Assembly: GCA_965222075.1 (NCBI GenBank)
Contig: OZ244937.1
Span: 4,512,001-4,576,000 of the forward strand
Length of the DNA: 64,000 nucleotides
From: Candidatus Latescibacterota bacterium
Lineage (GTDB): Bacteria; Latescibacterota; UBA2968; GCA-2709665
Direction: 5' to 3'
In this document: piece after piece, positions 46,770 to 57,058 of the stretch
Layout: every line of letters begins with the position of its first letter
Numbering within the stretch: position 1 is the first letter of the stretch
Translations under genes and position numbers: made by a program
Notes under the pieces: model-generated
Told to the model about the DNA's origin: nothing
Database searches by the model: none
The model's input: only the letters and a program-made list of their open reading frames with translations

Positions 46770-49700
46770 ATGGTATTATTCGATCTGGACCGTCCTGCTC
46801 TGTTTTTCGCACAGGATCTTCTGTCGGAGCCAGAGGTGGCCCGGGGGGAGTTGCGCCGGCTCGGGTTTCGAGATCCCGACCGCACGCTGCGGAACCTCCA
46901 GGGACTGGTTGAGCCAGGGGGGGCGCCGCCCCTTCCGGCTGATCTTTTTCGGGAGCTGGTGGCGGCGCCGGATCCGGACAGGGCGCTGAATAATTTCGAA
47001 CGCCTGACGCAAGCGGTGTTCAGCCGGTCTGCGTTTTACCGTGCGCTCGAAGATTATCCGGATACCTGCCGGTTCCTCGTGCATCTCTTAGGCAGCAGCC
47101 AGTTTCTTTCGGATACGCTGGTGCGGGATCCGGAGTATTTCTACTGGCTGGTCGAGACGCCGGAGAGGCTGTCACAGCCGCGTACAAAGGCGGACCTCTC
47201 GGCGGAGTTCGCCGCAGAGTCGGCGGTGTTTCAAACGCCCGAAGCCCGCCTGAACGCCCTGCGCCGTCTGGTTCGGCGGGAGCAACTGCGCATTGGTGCC
47301 GGCGATTTGACGGGGCGGCCCATGCAGGAGGTGGCGGCCGAGCTTTCGGATCTGGCGTCCGTGTGTTTGCAGCGGCTTCTGGATCTGCTGGTTCCGGAGT
47401 TGGACACGCGTCACGGCCCTCCGCAAAACAGGGACGGCAGCCGGGCCGAGTTCACAGTTATCGGTCTGGGCAAGCTGGGCGGGCGGGAGCTCAACTTCAG
47501 TTCGGATATCGATTTGATGTTTGTCTACTCCGAGGAGGGGAACACAGGGGGAGGCGGGTCCGAGGGCGGTCCGATTTCAAATCAGGTTTATTTCTCCAGG
47601 CTGGCCGAGCGAATCTTGAAGGCGGCGACCGAGCCGACGGAGGAAGGGTTTCTCTATCGGATCGATATGCGCCTTCGGCCCGACGGGGCTTCGGGCGCAC
47701 TGACGATGCCGCTGTCGGCTTACGAGAGTTACTACGTGCGGCGGGGGGAACTCTGGGAACGACAGATGCTGATCAAGGCGCGCCCGTGCGCCGGATCGGA
47801 CCGTTTGGGCGCGCGGTTTTTAGAGACGATTCTGCCGTTTGTTTATCCACGGCATTTCGAGGTCAGCCCGGTGGAGGAGATCCGCCGGATCAAGCGCCGG
47901 ATCGAAGACCATATCGGCGAGAAGGGAGAGGCGGAAACCCACCTGAAGCTCCGGTCCGGAGGCATTCGGGATATCGAATTTGTCGTTCAGTGCCTGCAGC
48001 TGCTCGTGGGACGTGTGCACGCCGAGGCCCGCTCGGGCAACACGCTGGAGGCGATTGGCCAACTGCAGCGGATTTCTGCGCTGGCCGAGGCGGAGGCACA
48101 GGCGCTTCGGGCGGCCTATCTCTTTTTCAGGCGGGTGGAGCACCGGCTGCAGATGATGCACGGGCTGAGCGATTACACGCTGCCCGCATCCGAGGAGGCG
48201 CAAAGGCCTCTGGCGCTGGGTCTGGATTTCCCCTCACCAGGCGCATATCGAAGGACGATTGTCCGCCACGTGGGCGCGGTTCAGACGATCTATCGGGACG
48301 TTTTTTCGGAAGAAAGCGAGGGGGAAGGGCGGTCTATCGGTGCGCTGTGTAAGATGGAGGTGGGGGATGCTGAAGCGACTGCTCTGCTGCGCGAGTTGGG
48401 GTTTGCCCGGCCGGAAGAGGCCCACCGCAACCTGATTTACTTAGCTTACGGCCACGTGCCCAGAATCCGGGAAACACGGGTACGCCAGAGCTTTATGGCG
48501 TTGACGCCGGCGTTGATGCCCGCCTTACAGGCCTCTGCCGATGCGGACCGGGCGTTGAGCAATCTGGAGCGCTTGATTTCCGCCTACGGCGCAATGGATA
48601 CGCTGTTCCGGATGCTCAGCACGCATCCAGGCCTTCGGGATCTGCTCCTTTCGCTGTGCGCCGGCAGCCAGTACCTCGTCAATCTGATCGTGCGAAACCC
48701 GGCGCTGCTGGACTGGCTGATCCTGCCCGATGTGCTTTACCCCGACCGGAGCAGGGAGGAACTGGAGGCCGAGGTCGATTCGATGATTGGACAAGCAGCG
48801 TCAGACGATGCGGTGGCCGCTGCTTTGAATGCCTTCAAGAATCGGGAACTGCTCCGGATCGGCACCCGGGATCTGGTGGCGCTGACCGATACGTTTGAGA
48901 CGTTTGAAGCGCTTACTCTGCTGGCGGAGACGATTCTGAAGGTGGTTTACAGGGCCGTTTACGACCGCCTGGCCGCCCGCCGGGGCGTTCCGAGAGGGGA
49001 TGGTGGAGAACCGGCTGCGTTTGCGATTCTGGGACTGGGCAAGCTGGGAGGAAGGGAGTTCAATTTCGGTTCGGACTTGGATCTGGTGTTTGTATACTCG
49101 GATGATGGGTTGACCGACGGCCCCGAATCGGTAGGCAACCTCCAGTTTTACATCGATCTGGCCCAGCGGATTTTGAACATGCTGGGGCAGTCCACGCCCT
49201 ATGGGATGCTCTACCCAGTGGACGCCCGGCTGCGTCCCGAGGGTGGCAGCGCCCTGCTGGCGCTTTCCTACGACGCCTACGACACTTACCTGCAGGTGCG
49301 GGCCTCGACGTGGGAACGGCTGGCGCTTTCACGGAGCCGGGTGGTGGCAGGGGATGTGGGGTTCGGACAGAAGGTGCTGGACCGGATCGAGCGGTTTGTT
49401 CTGGACGACGGCCTTTCTGAATCTGAGGTTGGGGCGCTCGTTGATATCCGGCGGCGGATGGAAGCGCCGGGGGGCCGAGGGTCGACAAAAAGTATCAAGA
49501 CCGGGCCGGGGGGGATTGTGGATGTCGAGTTTATGGTGCAGGCCCTGCAGATCCGGTATGCCCATCGTGTCCCTCACCTGCGGAGTCCCAATACCCTGAA
49601 GGGGCTGGACCGCCTGGTGGAAGGGGGATATCTCCCGGAGGATGACGCGGCGCACCTGAGGTCGGCCTTCTATTTCCTGCGCACGGTTGAAAAGGTGCTG

Positions 49701-49868
49701 CGCCGACAGGAAGAACAGGCCAGGACCCGTCTGCCGACCGACGCACGGGCTCTGACCGCGCTTGCCCGTGCGGTGGGGTATGCCGACGGCCCGGCTTTTC
49801 TGGCCGCACTTGAGGAAAAGATGGGGACCACACGGCGGATTTTCCAGGCGTATCTGGGGGAAGTATAA
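46770..49868 (+). CDS. glnE: Bifunctional glutamine synthetase adenylyltransferase/deadenylylase
   Basis: Two nucleotidyltransferase domains (GLGKLGGRELNFSSDIDL; GLGKLGGREFNFGSDLDL), D.RLRP.G twice, WER twice, GGIRDIEF and GGIVDVEF. Confidence 0.95.
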   Translation: MVLFDLDRPALFFAQDLLSEPEVARGELRRLGFRDPDRTLRNLQGLVEPGGAPPLPADLFRELVAAPDPDRALNNFERLTQAVFSRSAFYRALEDYPDTCRFLVHLLGSSQFLSDTLVRDPEYFYWLVETPERLSQPRTKADLSAEFAAESAVFQTPEARLNALRRLVRREQLRIGAGDLTGRPMQEVAAELSDLASVCLQRLLDLLVPELDTRHGPPQNRDGSRAEFTVIGLGKLGGRELNFSSDIDLMFVYSEEGNTGGGGSEGGPISNQVYFSRLAERILKAATEPTEEGFLYRIDMRLRPDGASGALTMPLSAYESYYVRRGELWERQMLIKARPCAGSDRLGARFLETILPFVYPRHFEVSPVEEIRRIKRRIEDHIGEKGEAETHLKLRSGGIRDIEFVVQCLQLLVGRVHAEARSGNTLEAIGQLQRISALAEAEAQALRAAYLFFRRVEHRLQMMHGLSDYTLPASEEAQRPLALGLDFPSPGAYRRTIVRHVGAVQTIYRDVFSEESEGEGRSIGALCKMEVGDAEATALLRELGFARPEEAHRNLIYLAYGHVPRIRETRVRQSFMALTPALMPALQASADADRALSNLERLISAYGAMDTLFRMLSTHPGLRDLLLSLCAGSQYLVNLIVRNPALLDWLILPDVLYPDRSREELEAEVDSMIGQAASDDAVAAALNAFKNRELLRIGTRDLVALTDTFETFEALTLLAETILKVVYRAVYDRLAARRGVPRGDGGEPAAFAILGLGKLGGREFNFGSDLDLVFVYSDDGLTDGPESVGNLQFYIDLAQRILNMLGQSTPYGMLYPVDARLRPEGGSALLALSYDAYDTYLQVRASTWERLALSRSRVVAGDVGFGQKVLDRIERFVLDDGLSESEVGALVDIRRRMEAPGGRGSTKSIKTGPGGIVDVEFMVQALQIRYAHRVPHLRSPNTLKGLDRLVEGGYLPEDDAAHLRSAFYFLRTVEKVLRRQEEQARTRLPTDARALTALARAVGYADGPAFLAALEEKMGTTRRIFQAYLGEV

Positions 49869-49983
49869 AACGCTACGGAAGGACACGGAAGGGGGCCTCC
49901 CGCACAGGTTTTGGAGGCAGAGCCTGGCTGAGATGCGCCAGCCTGGGCGATGCAAATGTGACATCTGGTGCTGCCGGTTTCCT

Positions 49984-51036
49984 TCATGTGGGTGTGAAGA
50001 AGGTTCTCAGTTCGGTTGTGAGAGGGTTCTCGCTGAGAGGGGATGCGAGGATGAACCGGAGCTGGTGGAGGCGGGCTTTGGGGTTTTGCCAGGCTTGCCG
50101 GAGGGGGAGGTTGTGTGAGGAGGTTGAGTGGGCGTTTTGCAGGAGGGATGCGGCGAGAAGGTGGAAGACGAGGTGGTGGCCGTCCAGGAGGCGGGCGGTC
50201 TGCTGAGGGTCGGGTGTACGGGCGGCGTAGCGGGCGGTTGTGTGTTTAGAAAGCAGGGTGTGGAATCCGCCGTCGGGACGGCCAGCGCCCAGGGCCGTGG
50301 TATACTGCACCAGGCGGCGTTCGGGCCAGTCCCAGCCGAGTTTGGAGAATTCGATGAAGTGGAGGGTTTGCGCTTCGGGGTTGATGACGATGTTTCGGGC
50401 GTTGTAGTCGGTGGGTCCAAGCAGGGGGGGGGCAGCGCCGAGGGTGTTGAGGAGGTCTGAGAGGAGCTGGTTGGCACGGGCGGCGGTCCGGGTTGCGAGG
50501 GCGGGGAGGTGTGTGTGGAGGGTGGCGGTGGCCTGTTGCCAGGAGGCCCGGAGGCCGGCGGGATCGCAGCCGGGAAAGGTCCGGCGGGAGAGCGCGGATG
50601 AGTGTTCGTGGAGGGTGGTCTGGATCGCGGAAAACCCCTCGATGGTCCGTTGGGCATAAAACGATCGGGTCGAGGGGTCTGCGTTCTGGCAGATGTCGTC
50701 TAAGGTGTGATCGCCACACCACTCGGTGAAGATGAGGGATTGGGCGGTGTCGACGCCGTAGACTTTTGGGACCGGGCATTCGGCTGTGCGCAGGAGCCGG
50801 ATGGCGGTTTCTTCGACTTCGAGGAGGTCGTAGGGTTTCCCACGGGTGAGGGGACCGAACATCTGGTGTTTGGCAATGAGCTTGCAGCCGTCTTGGGCGA
50901 TGACCCGCCAGACGCCGGGGTGATTCGAGACCGGGTTGATGCGTGCGACTGCGGGGCGGCCCGTCAGGAGGGTGGGGACGGCGCGGTGGATGGCGGCGAA
51001 GGTCGGAGAAAGGGAGGGAAGCAAAGCGGCCCTCAT
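49984..51036 (-). CDS. Aminoglycoside-phosphotransferase/kinase-like protein
   Basis: IAK, VPKVY, FTEWCG, PTDYNARN, IEF in place of DF. ATG 51036 overlaps the upstream stop (ATGA). Confidence 0.65.
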   Translation of the reverse strand: MRAALLPSLSPTFAAIHRAVPTLLTGRPAVARINPVSNHPGVWRVIAQDGCKLIAKHQMFGPLTRGKPYDLLEVEETAIRLLRTAECPVPKVYGVDTAQSLIFTEWCGDHTLDDICQNADPSTRSFYAQRTIEGFSAIQTTLHEHSSALSRRTFPGCDPAGLRASWQQATATLHTHLPALATRTAARANQLLSDLLNTLGAAPPLLGPTDYNARNIVINPEAQTLHFIEFSKLGWDWPERRLVQYTTALGAGRPDGGFHTLLSKHTTARYAARTPDPQQTARLLDGHHLVFHLLAASLLQNAHSTSSHNLPLRQAWQNPKARLHQLRFILASPLSENPLTTELRTFFTPT

Positions 51037-52313
51037 GCCTGGTGGACGATCTGCCGCTTCCGCAGGGTGAGGAATTCGGGGGCTTCGCGGATGCAGGTGC
51101 CCAGGATGCCCAGGGAGCGCCAGAATGCCCTCAGGCCGGTTTGCCGGATTTCGGCCGCATCCTCGCCCACGGCCGCAAAGCCCTGGCCGTGGGGGGTAAG
51201 GGCTTCCCAGTTTTGGAAGAGGCGGCCCCAGTTGCTTTTCAAGACGTCCTGCATTTTCTTCTTGGCGAGGAAGGGGTACCAGAAGCTGTCGTGGTAGATC
51301 ACGCTGGCCATGTAGGCCCAGGGCGCAAGGACGGTTTTGAGCGACCATTCGATCGGTTTTTTGAGCGGTCCCCAGTAGATTTTGTGCTGCATGCGGGAGG
51401 CGAAGGTCATTTTTTTGAAGGGGCCGACGAAGTTCCAGTTTTCAGCGGCGGCCTCCGGGTCTCCCACGATTTCGATCTGGCGGGGATCGCCGCATCCCAA
51501 CCCCCGGTCGTGGGCGAGCCGGATATACTTGATGGAGAGGGGATCAAAGCCCATCATTTTGGCCGCAATCGCGTCGATGGCGACCTGATCCGCGCTGGCG
51601 AGGAGGACGTTTTTGAGGTGGGGCACCATGCAGCGGGGGCCGGGGCCGTCGCCGGCGAAGGTGCCGTCCATGACGGCAAAGACGCCCGGGTGGATCTTTT
51701 TCTGGATCATCAGGAGGTCCACCAGGGTTTCGTGAATGACCGGGTGGGTCCAGTGGCGGCGTTCGTTGAGCAGCCCTCCGAAGGCGTTTTTCATGGCTCC
51801 GGTGGTGGTGGTAAAGACGTGGGTTTTGACCGTGGGAAGGTGAATGATGTTCTTCCCGATAAATCGTCTGGGGATGTGGAATCCGTCGGGGTAGACCTGG
51901 TTGAGGCAGAGAAATCCGTCGACGAGGTCGCCCACGGCGTCACGGACGTGGACCCATTCCTCCCCACCGTCGTAGAGGTGGATGTTGCGCAGGCCGTGGG
52001 CTTCCACGACGTTGATCTGCTTGTTCTCCCTCTCGCCCAGGCGAGCGTCAATGACGACCGTGCGGTTGTGACAGGCGTGCATCAGGCCGGGATCGTAGCC
52101 ATCCTTTCGCATGGCCCGGATGACGCCTTCCAGCTGCCAGGGCGTGGTGGAGCTGCCGGGGTAAAAGAAGTGCCAGGAGATGTTGACCTTCAAGGCCGTA
52201 TCCGTATCCCTGGCGATGACATCCTGGTAGCCGGCCAGGTTCATGAGGCGGTGGTAATCCGCCAGGATGGTTTGCGGATGGGTGCGTAAGACCGCGACTT
52301 TGCTCTGGCTCAT
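51033..52313 (-). CDS. DUF362 domain protein
   Basis: LKVNISW, TTPWQLEGV, HLPTVKTH..TTTGAMKNAFGG, DGT.AGDGPGP, ASADQVAIDA, YIRLA..GLG. Confidence 0.85.
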   Translation of the reverse strand: MSQSKVAVLRTHPQTILADYHRLMNLAGYQDVIARDTDTALKVNISWHFFYPGSSTTPWQLEGVIRAMRKDGYDPGLMHACHNRTVVIDARLGERENKQINVVEAHGLRNIHLYDGGEEWVHVRDAVGDLVDGFLCLNQVYPDGFHIPRRFIGKNIIHLPTVKTHVFTTTTGAMKNAFGGLLNERRHWTHPVIHETLVDLLMIQKKIHPGVFAVMDGTFAGDGPGPRCMVPHLKNVLLASADQVAIDAIAAKMMGFDPLSIKYIRLAHDRGLGCGDPRQIEIVGDPEAAAENWNFVGPFKKMTFASRMQHKIYWGPLKKPIEWSLKTVLAPWAYMASVIYHDSFWYPFLAKKKMQDVLKSNWGRLFQNWEALTPHGQGFAAVGEDAAEIRQTGLRAFWRSLGILGTCIREAPEFLTLRKRQIVHQA

Positions 52314-52395
52314 GGGTTGTCCTTAAAAGAAGGCAGAGGGAAAAATCTAAGTCAAAAGCGATAAACCGAACGGTCTCACCTTTGCCCTTTGCCGC

Positions 52396-53268
52396 TTATA
52401 ACTTATAATAGAGCACAGCGACCAGGGTCAGCAGCCAGAGGCCTCCGTTGATCACAAGCGAGGGATCGCCAAGGATCGTGGAGGAGGGGTTGCCGCCCTG
52501 GCCTTTTTTGTAGACCAGGTAGAGGTAGCGCAAAAGTCCGTAAATAACGAAAGGGACGGTGAGGTTAAGGTACTCCGTCCCCAGTTTCTGCATGACATCC
52601 GGGGACATGGTGTAGAGGGCATAGGAGACCAGGGCGCCTGAGGTAACGATGGCGATCATCTGGTCGAGAAACCGGGGGCTGTACTCTTTGAGGATGCAGC
52701 GGTGGTTGGCGGCGCCATCCTCTAAGAGGAGGAGTTCCTGCCGGCGTTTGACAAACCCGAGAAAGAGCGCAAGCAGCATGGTACAGAGAATAAACCAGGA
52801 CGAGATTTCCACGTTGATGACGAACGCCCCGCCGATGGCACGGAGGAGGAACCCGGCTGCGATGATCATCACATCTAAGATCACAACGTGTTTCAGGGAG
52901 ATGGAGTATACGAGGTTCAGCAGGGCGTAGGTCAGCGCGACCCAGCCGAACCGGGTGTCCAGCCAGAAGGCCCCCCCCAATGCGGCCAGGCCAACGATGC
53001 ACGCGGCTGCGGATGCGCCGGGAATGCTCAACTGCCCCGAAGCGATCGGACGGTGGCGCTTTTCCGGGTGCTGACGGTCGTTTTCCAGGTCCCGGATGTC
53101 GTTGAAAATGTAGACTGCGCCCGACAGGAAGCAGAAGAGGCCAAAGGTGATGCTGCTTCGGAAGACGTAGGCCGGGTCGAAGAGATGCCTGGAAAAGATC
53201 AGTGCGGCCATCACAAAGAGGTTTTTGGCCCACTGGTGGGGCCGCATGGCCAGAAGAAGCTGAAACAC
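52396..53268 (-). CDS. UbiA-family decaprenyl-phosphate phosphoribosyltransferase-like protein
   Basis: RPHQWAKN, YIFNDIRD.END..HPEK..RPIASG, YS..LKH, GFLLRA..G, KRRQE. Confidence 0.88.
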   Translation of the reverse strand: MFQLLLAMRPHQWAKNLFVMAALIFSRHLFDPAYVFRSSITFGLFCFLSGAVYIFNDIRDLENDRQHPEKRHRPIASGQLSIPGASAAACIVGLAALGGAFWLDTRFGWVALTYALLNLVYSISLKHVVILDVMIIAAGFLLRAIGGAFVINVEISSWFILCTMLLALFLGFVKRRQELLLLEDGAANHRCILKEYSPRFLDQMIAIVTSGALVSYALYTMSPDVMQKLGTEYLNLTVPFVIYGLLRYLYLVYKKGQGGNPSSTILGDPSLVINGGLWLLTLVAVLYYKL

Positions 53269-53331
53269 CGGGGAAATCCCCCCTGAGCTCCCCTTTGGAA
53301 GGGGGTGTATGGGTTCTCTTTTAAAGGAGGA

Positions 53332-56300
53332 CTAAATGGAGAACCCGAAGTAGATCCGCCGGTCGTCTACGGATATCGGGAGGGTGGGGTCGGTCCGATC
53401 CGGGATCACCTTGCGGGTGGGAAATGCGATTTGGAAATATCCAAATATGGGGAAGGCATAGTTGGAGAACATCTGCATCCGCAGTTCGAGCCCCCAGTCG
53501 GTGAGAAAAGCGGATCGCTTGAACTTGTTGTCGGAATCCAGAAGCGTTCGCAGGCTTTTAAAGTCTCCGGCCGCCCCAGTCTCGACGAAGAGGGTGCCGT
53601 AGATTTTGTCGAAGAAAAAGGGAGGCAGTTCCTTGTCGACCTTCTGAAAGATGGGGAACGTGAAGCTTGCCCGGCCGAAGAAGGCCTTGCCGCCCGAAAT
53701 CGAGAAGTAGGGATAGCCCCTGAGCGTTCCGAACCCGCCCAGATAGTAGCGCAGGGGGTAATAGAACGCCCCTTCGAATGTGCCGCCGTCCAGCTGCACT
53801 CTTTTGATGGGTTTGTCTTTGTATCCCATAAACGCCTGGAGAGCGAGGGTGGTACGCCCGGGGAGGGCGATGAACTCGTTCCAGGAGGCGATGTATTCAT
53901 TGATTCCCAGCTTCGCATTGTCTGCACGGTAGATGGTGGGGGACGGATCGGTATCGGTGGGATCGGGGATGTTGTCCTGGTTCAGGTCCTGAGAGAGCGC
54001 CAGGGAGTCGGTGATCGTGGCGTTAATCCGGCGGTACCTGAGCGTAATGGCGCGCCCGCCTGTGGGGTTGAGATAGTTGTCCTTTGCCGGTTTGAAGGTG
54101 TAGTAACGCCAGACGATCCCCAGATTGTTGCTCTTGAAGAAGGTGAGGTCCCGGTAGAGGAAATCGTCCATCACAACCCGGTCCTCCCCGGTGCCGGGGA
54201 TCTGATCGGTGATGTCCTTCAGGGCTCCGGTTTCTGCATCTGCCTGGAGGTAGCGGGTGCTATCCTGGAGCACCCGCGTGAGGTGAAGGTTCTCCGAATA
54301 GCGGCGGTGACCGAAGGAGAGGGTAACGGACTGGTTTCGGCCCACGCCGATATCGACTCCAACGCTGAAATCGGTGAATAGATGTTTGTAATCGTCTTCT
54401 TCGGTCAGGGAGAGGTTGGTGTGCTGCGTGGTACGCGGGATAATGACCTGCTGGGAGTCGATTACGGTGATGAGGGTGCCGCTGGTGGTATCCCGCTGGG
54501 TGGCGATCACGCCCCGGTCGATCAGGCTGTTGATGGTCTGCCGGCTGGTGCCGATAAAGAGCTGCGGACGATAGGATTTCAGTTCGGTATTGACGGACCC
54601 CAGACTTTTCTGGTAGGAGACAAATAGGTCGGAATTGAGGTCGGTCCTCCGTTTGAGGTTTTTGCCCAGGGTAAGACCGGTTACAAAGGTATCGCTTCCC
54701 AGCATATCCCCCCAGGCCATTTGCGCGCCGAAGCTGGCCTGATTCAGGCCGAATCGGTTGCCGACGAAGGTGGGGCCTAAGACCAGAATGGGCAGGACGC
54801 CGTAGGAGGTCAGGCGGGTGGAGTAGCGCCCCGTGTTGTAGAGTTTGCTCAGGTCCTCTCCGGTGTAGATGCTCCCGTAGTCCCGCGACAGGGTGTCCAC
54901 GGCAGCCACGGTGACGGCTGCGGACCGCCCGATGCGGTAGATGCTGTAGTTGGCATGGTGATACCCGGCGTAGAGGATGTCCTTCCCATCGGGGGAGACC
55001 GAGGGCGCAAAGGCCCCGCCGATTACGTTTGTGATCTGCTCCTGTCTGCCGGTTGTCAGGTCGTGGGTATAGAGGTTGAAGATGCCCGTCTGGTTGGAAC
55101 TGAAGAGGATACCGCTGCCGTCGGGCAGCCAGACCGGGTCCCGTTCGTCGGCCCCAGAACGGATGAGGGCTTCAAACCCGGCGTTGTTGGCATAGGCCAG
55201 GCTGTCGGGGAACGCTTTGAGGCTGTCTTCTAAGGCTTTCTGCCTTTGGGCGATGCGGATGCTGTCGGAGACGGCGCCCGTGCTGTCGGAGGCGGTCCTG
55301 GCGCTGTCCGCCGCCGATTGTTTGGATTTCTTTATTTTGTCCGATTTTGGTCTGATGTTTTTGGTCGCTTTTGCCCGCAGGGTGGCGGCGTCGGCGTTGA
55401 TGACCGCGATGTCCCGATCTTCTCCGCGGAAGACGCTGAAGAGAATCTTCTTACCGTCTGGAGACCACCGGGGGCCGTAGTACTGGGTGCCGTCATTGTG
55501 ATGGGTCAAAAAACGTCTGTTCGTTCCGTCGATGTTGACGAGGCCGAGGCTGTTGGTGCCGTCCCTATTGTAGACGTACGCGATCTGTTTCCCATCGGGA
55601 GATACGGCCGGGTCTCTGCCCCTCAGCCCGACGGTGAAACGCCGCTCTTTTTTCGTGTTCAGGTCGTAGGTAAAGATGTCCCACCGCCCCCCGGGCGTTT
55701 TGTTGTAGACCAGTTTGCCTCCGTCGGGCGTCCAGGAGAAGCGGTTGTCCGCATATTTGCCGTACTTCCTCCCCTGTGCGACCTTCTTCACCTTCCGTGT
55801 GGCCAGGTCCATGACCATCAGCTTGGTCAGCGAGTTGTAGTCGCTGCCGTCGTTGCTGAGGAAGGCCATTTTCGTGCCGTCGGGGGAGTAAACCGGGTGG
55901 TATTCCATGGAGCCCCCGTCGTAGATGCGTTCTCCTTCCCGTTCGCCCGCCGCGCGGATCGAATCGGCCAGGGCGCCGTAGGTCGCGTTGAGGTGTTCGG
56001 ACCACTCCCGGTAGAGCTGGTTGGCCGAAATGCCCAGGCTCTTTTTGACGGCCGATTTGAAATTGACGATCGGCTGCTTTTCGACCATGGCCCGCACGGC
56101 CGCTTCCCCATACGTTTCTTCTACATAGTTTAGAAGGGCGAAGCCCTGGTTGTAGACCATCTCGGCGTGGAAGCTGTCTTTGCCGCGTAAGTAGCCCATG
56201 TTGGTATAAGAGTGCCTGTCGTCTTCCAGCGTTGCCATACGCAGCAGCATGTCCCGGTGGGTGTCCCAGAAGTCGCCCCCGTTTTTTCGGGACTCGTACT

Positions 56301-56964
56301 GCGCGATGCCTTCCGAAAACCAGTTCGGGACGGCCATGTGGTAGATGGGAAACGAGAAAATGAAGTCGGGGTTCTGGTTGGACCGGCTGGTACTGATAAT
56401 TCCGAACATAAAAGGCAGGCTGGTATGGGCCGCCTTGAGCGTGATATGGTGCGTCAGTTCGTGGGTAAACACGTCCCGGATCCAGTCTTTCGTTCCCCGC
56501 GTATCGAAGGCCGCTGGCGTGGACCAGAACACGATAAAGTTATACCAATATGCCGAGTAGGCATTGCCCAGGTAATCGACGCTGTCGTCTACATAGACGT
56601 GAACGGGGGCGAAGCGATCAATTGAGGTGGGATAATGTTTGGAAATCTCTTCGAAGACCTCATCGCCGATTTCGGCGATCCGCCGGGCGGTGTGTTCGGC
56701 GCTTGTGAAGTAGATCGCGAAGTACTTGGTGCGGATGGTCCGGGCGTACGGGCCTGTCAACCCAAGCAGGGTGGGGAAGAAGGTGTTTTTCTCCGGTTCC
56801 CATTTGTACTTGGGCTCGGGGCGGTTGAAGGGGATATCGGCCAGGTCGGTGACGGGCTTGATTTTGTTGACGAGGAACTGGGCTGCGGCCCGGCCCGGCA
56901 GTCCGGCCGTATGGAGCGTGCTGAGGAGCAACGCCAACACTGCAAAAAATTTTAGACGGTTCAC
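53332..56964 (-). CDS. Outer-membrane protein: Zn-peptidase-like domain, PD40/TolB propeller and Omp85-like barrel
   Basis: Signal peptide; HELTH...WFSEGIAQY; at least six (P)xx(S/T/L)PDG repeats; YYLGGFGTLRGY; C-terminal IYFGFSI. Confidence 0.82.
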   Translation of the reverse strand: MNRLKFFAVLALLLSTLHTAGLPGRAAAQFLVNKIKPVTDLADIPFNRPEPKYKWEPEKNTFFPTLLGLTGPYARTIRTKYFAIYFTSAEHTARRIAEIGDEVFEEISKHYPTSIDRFAPVHVYVDDSVDYLGNAYSAYWYNFIVFWSTPAAFDTRGTKDWIRDVFTHELTHHITLKAAHTSLPFMFGIISTSRSNQNPDFIFSFPIYHMAVPNWFSEGIAQYESRKNGGDFWDTHRDMLLRMATLEDDRHSYTNMGYLRGKDSFHAEMVYNQGFALLNYVEETYGEAAVRAMVEKQPIVNFKSAVKKSLGISANQLYREWSEHLNATYGALADSIRAAGEREGERIYDGGSMEYHPVYSPDGTKMAFLSNDGSDYNSLTKLMVMDLATRKVKKVAQGRKYGKYADNRFSWTPDGGKLVYNKTPGGRWDIFTYDLNTKKERRFTVGLRGRDPAVSPDGKQIAYVYNRDGTNSLGLVNIDGTNRRFLTHHNDGTQYYGPRWSPDGKKILFSVFRGEDRDIAVINADAATLRAKATKNIRPKSDKIKKSKQSAADSARTASDSTGAVSDSIRIAQRQKALEDSLKAFPDSLAYANNAGFEALIRSGADERDPVWLPDGSGILFSSNQTGIFNLYTHDLTTGRQEQITNVIGGAFAPSVSPDGKDILYAGYHHANYSIYRIGRSAAVTVAAVDTLSRDYGSIYTGEDLSKLYNTGRYSTRLTSYGVLPILVLGPTFVGNRFGLNQASFGAQMAWGDMLGSDTFVTGLTLGKNLKRRTDLNSDLFVSYQKSLGSVNTELKSYRPQLFIGTSRQTINSLIDRGVIATQRDTTSGTLITVIDSQQVIIPRTTQHTNLSLTEEDDYKHLFTDFSVGVDIGVGRNQSVTLSFGHRRYSENLHLTRVLQDSTRYLQADAETGALKDITDQIPGTGEDRVVMDDFLYRDLTFFKSNNLGIVWRYYTFKPAKDNYLNPTGGRAITLRYRRINATITDSLALSQDLNQDNIPDPTDTDPSPTIYRADNAKLGINEYIASWNEFIALPGRTTLALQAFMGYKDKPIKRVQLDGGTFEGAFYYPLRYYLGGFGTLRGYPYFSISGGKAFFGRASFTFPIFQKVDKELPPFFFDKIYGTLFVETGAAGDFKSLRTLLDSDNKFKRSAFLTDWGLELRMQMFSNYAFPIFGYFQIAFPTRKVIPDRTDPTLPISVDDRRIYFGFSI

Positions 56965-57058
56965 TGCGCTTCCCTCATTTTATGGGTTTCACGTTTCCGG
57001 CTTCTACGATGAAAAATATACCATAGGTTCACCAAAAATTCAAGGTCAGGTGAACGGT

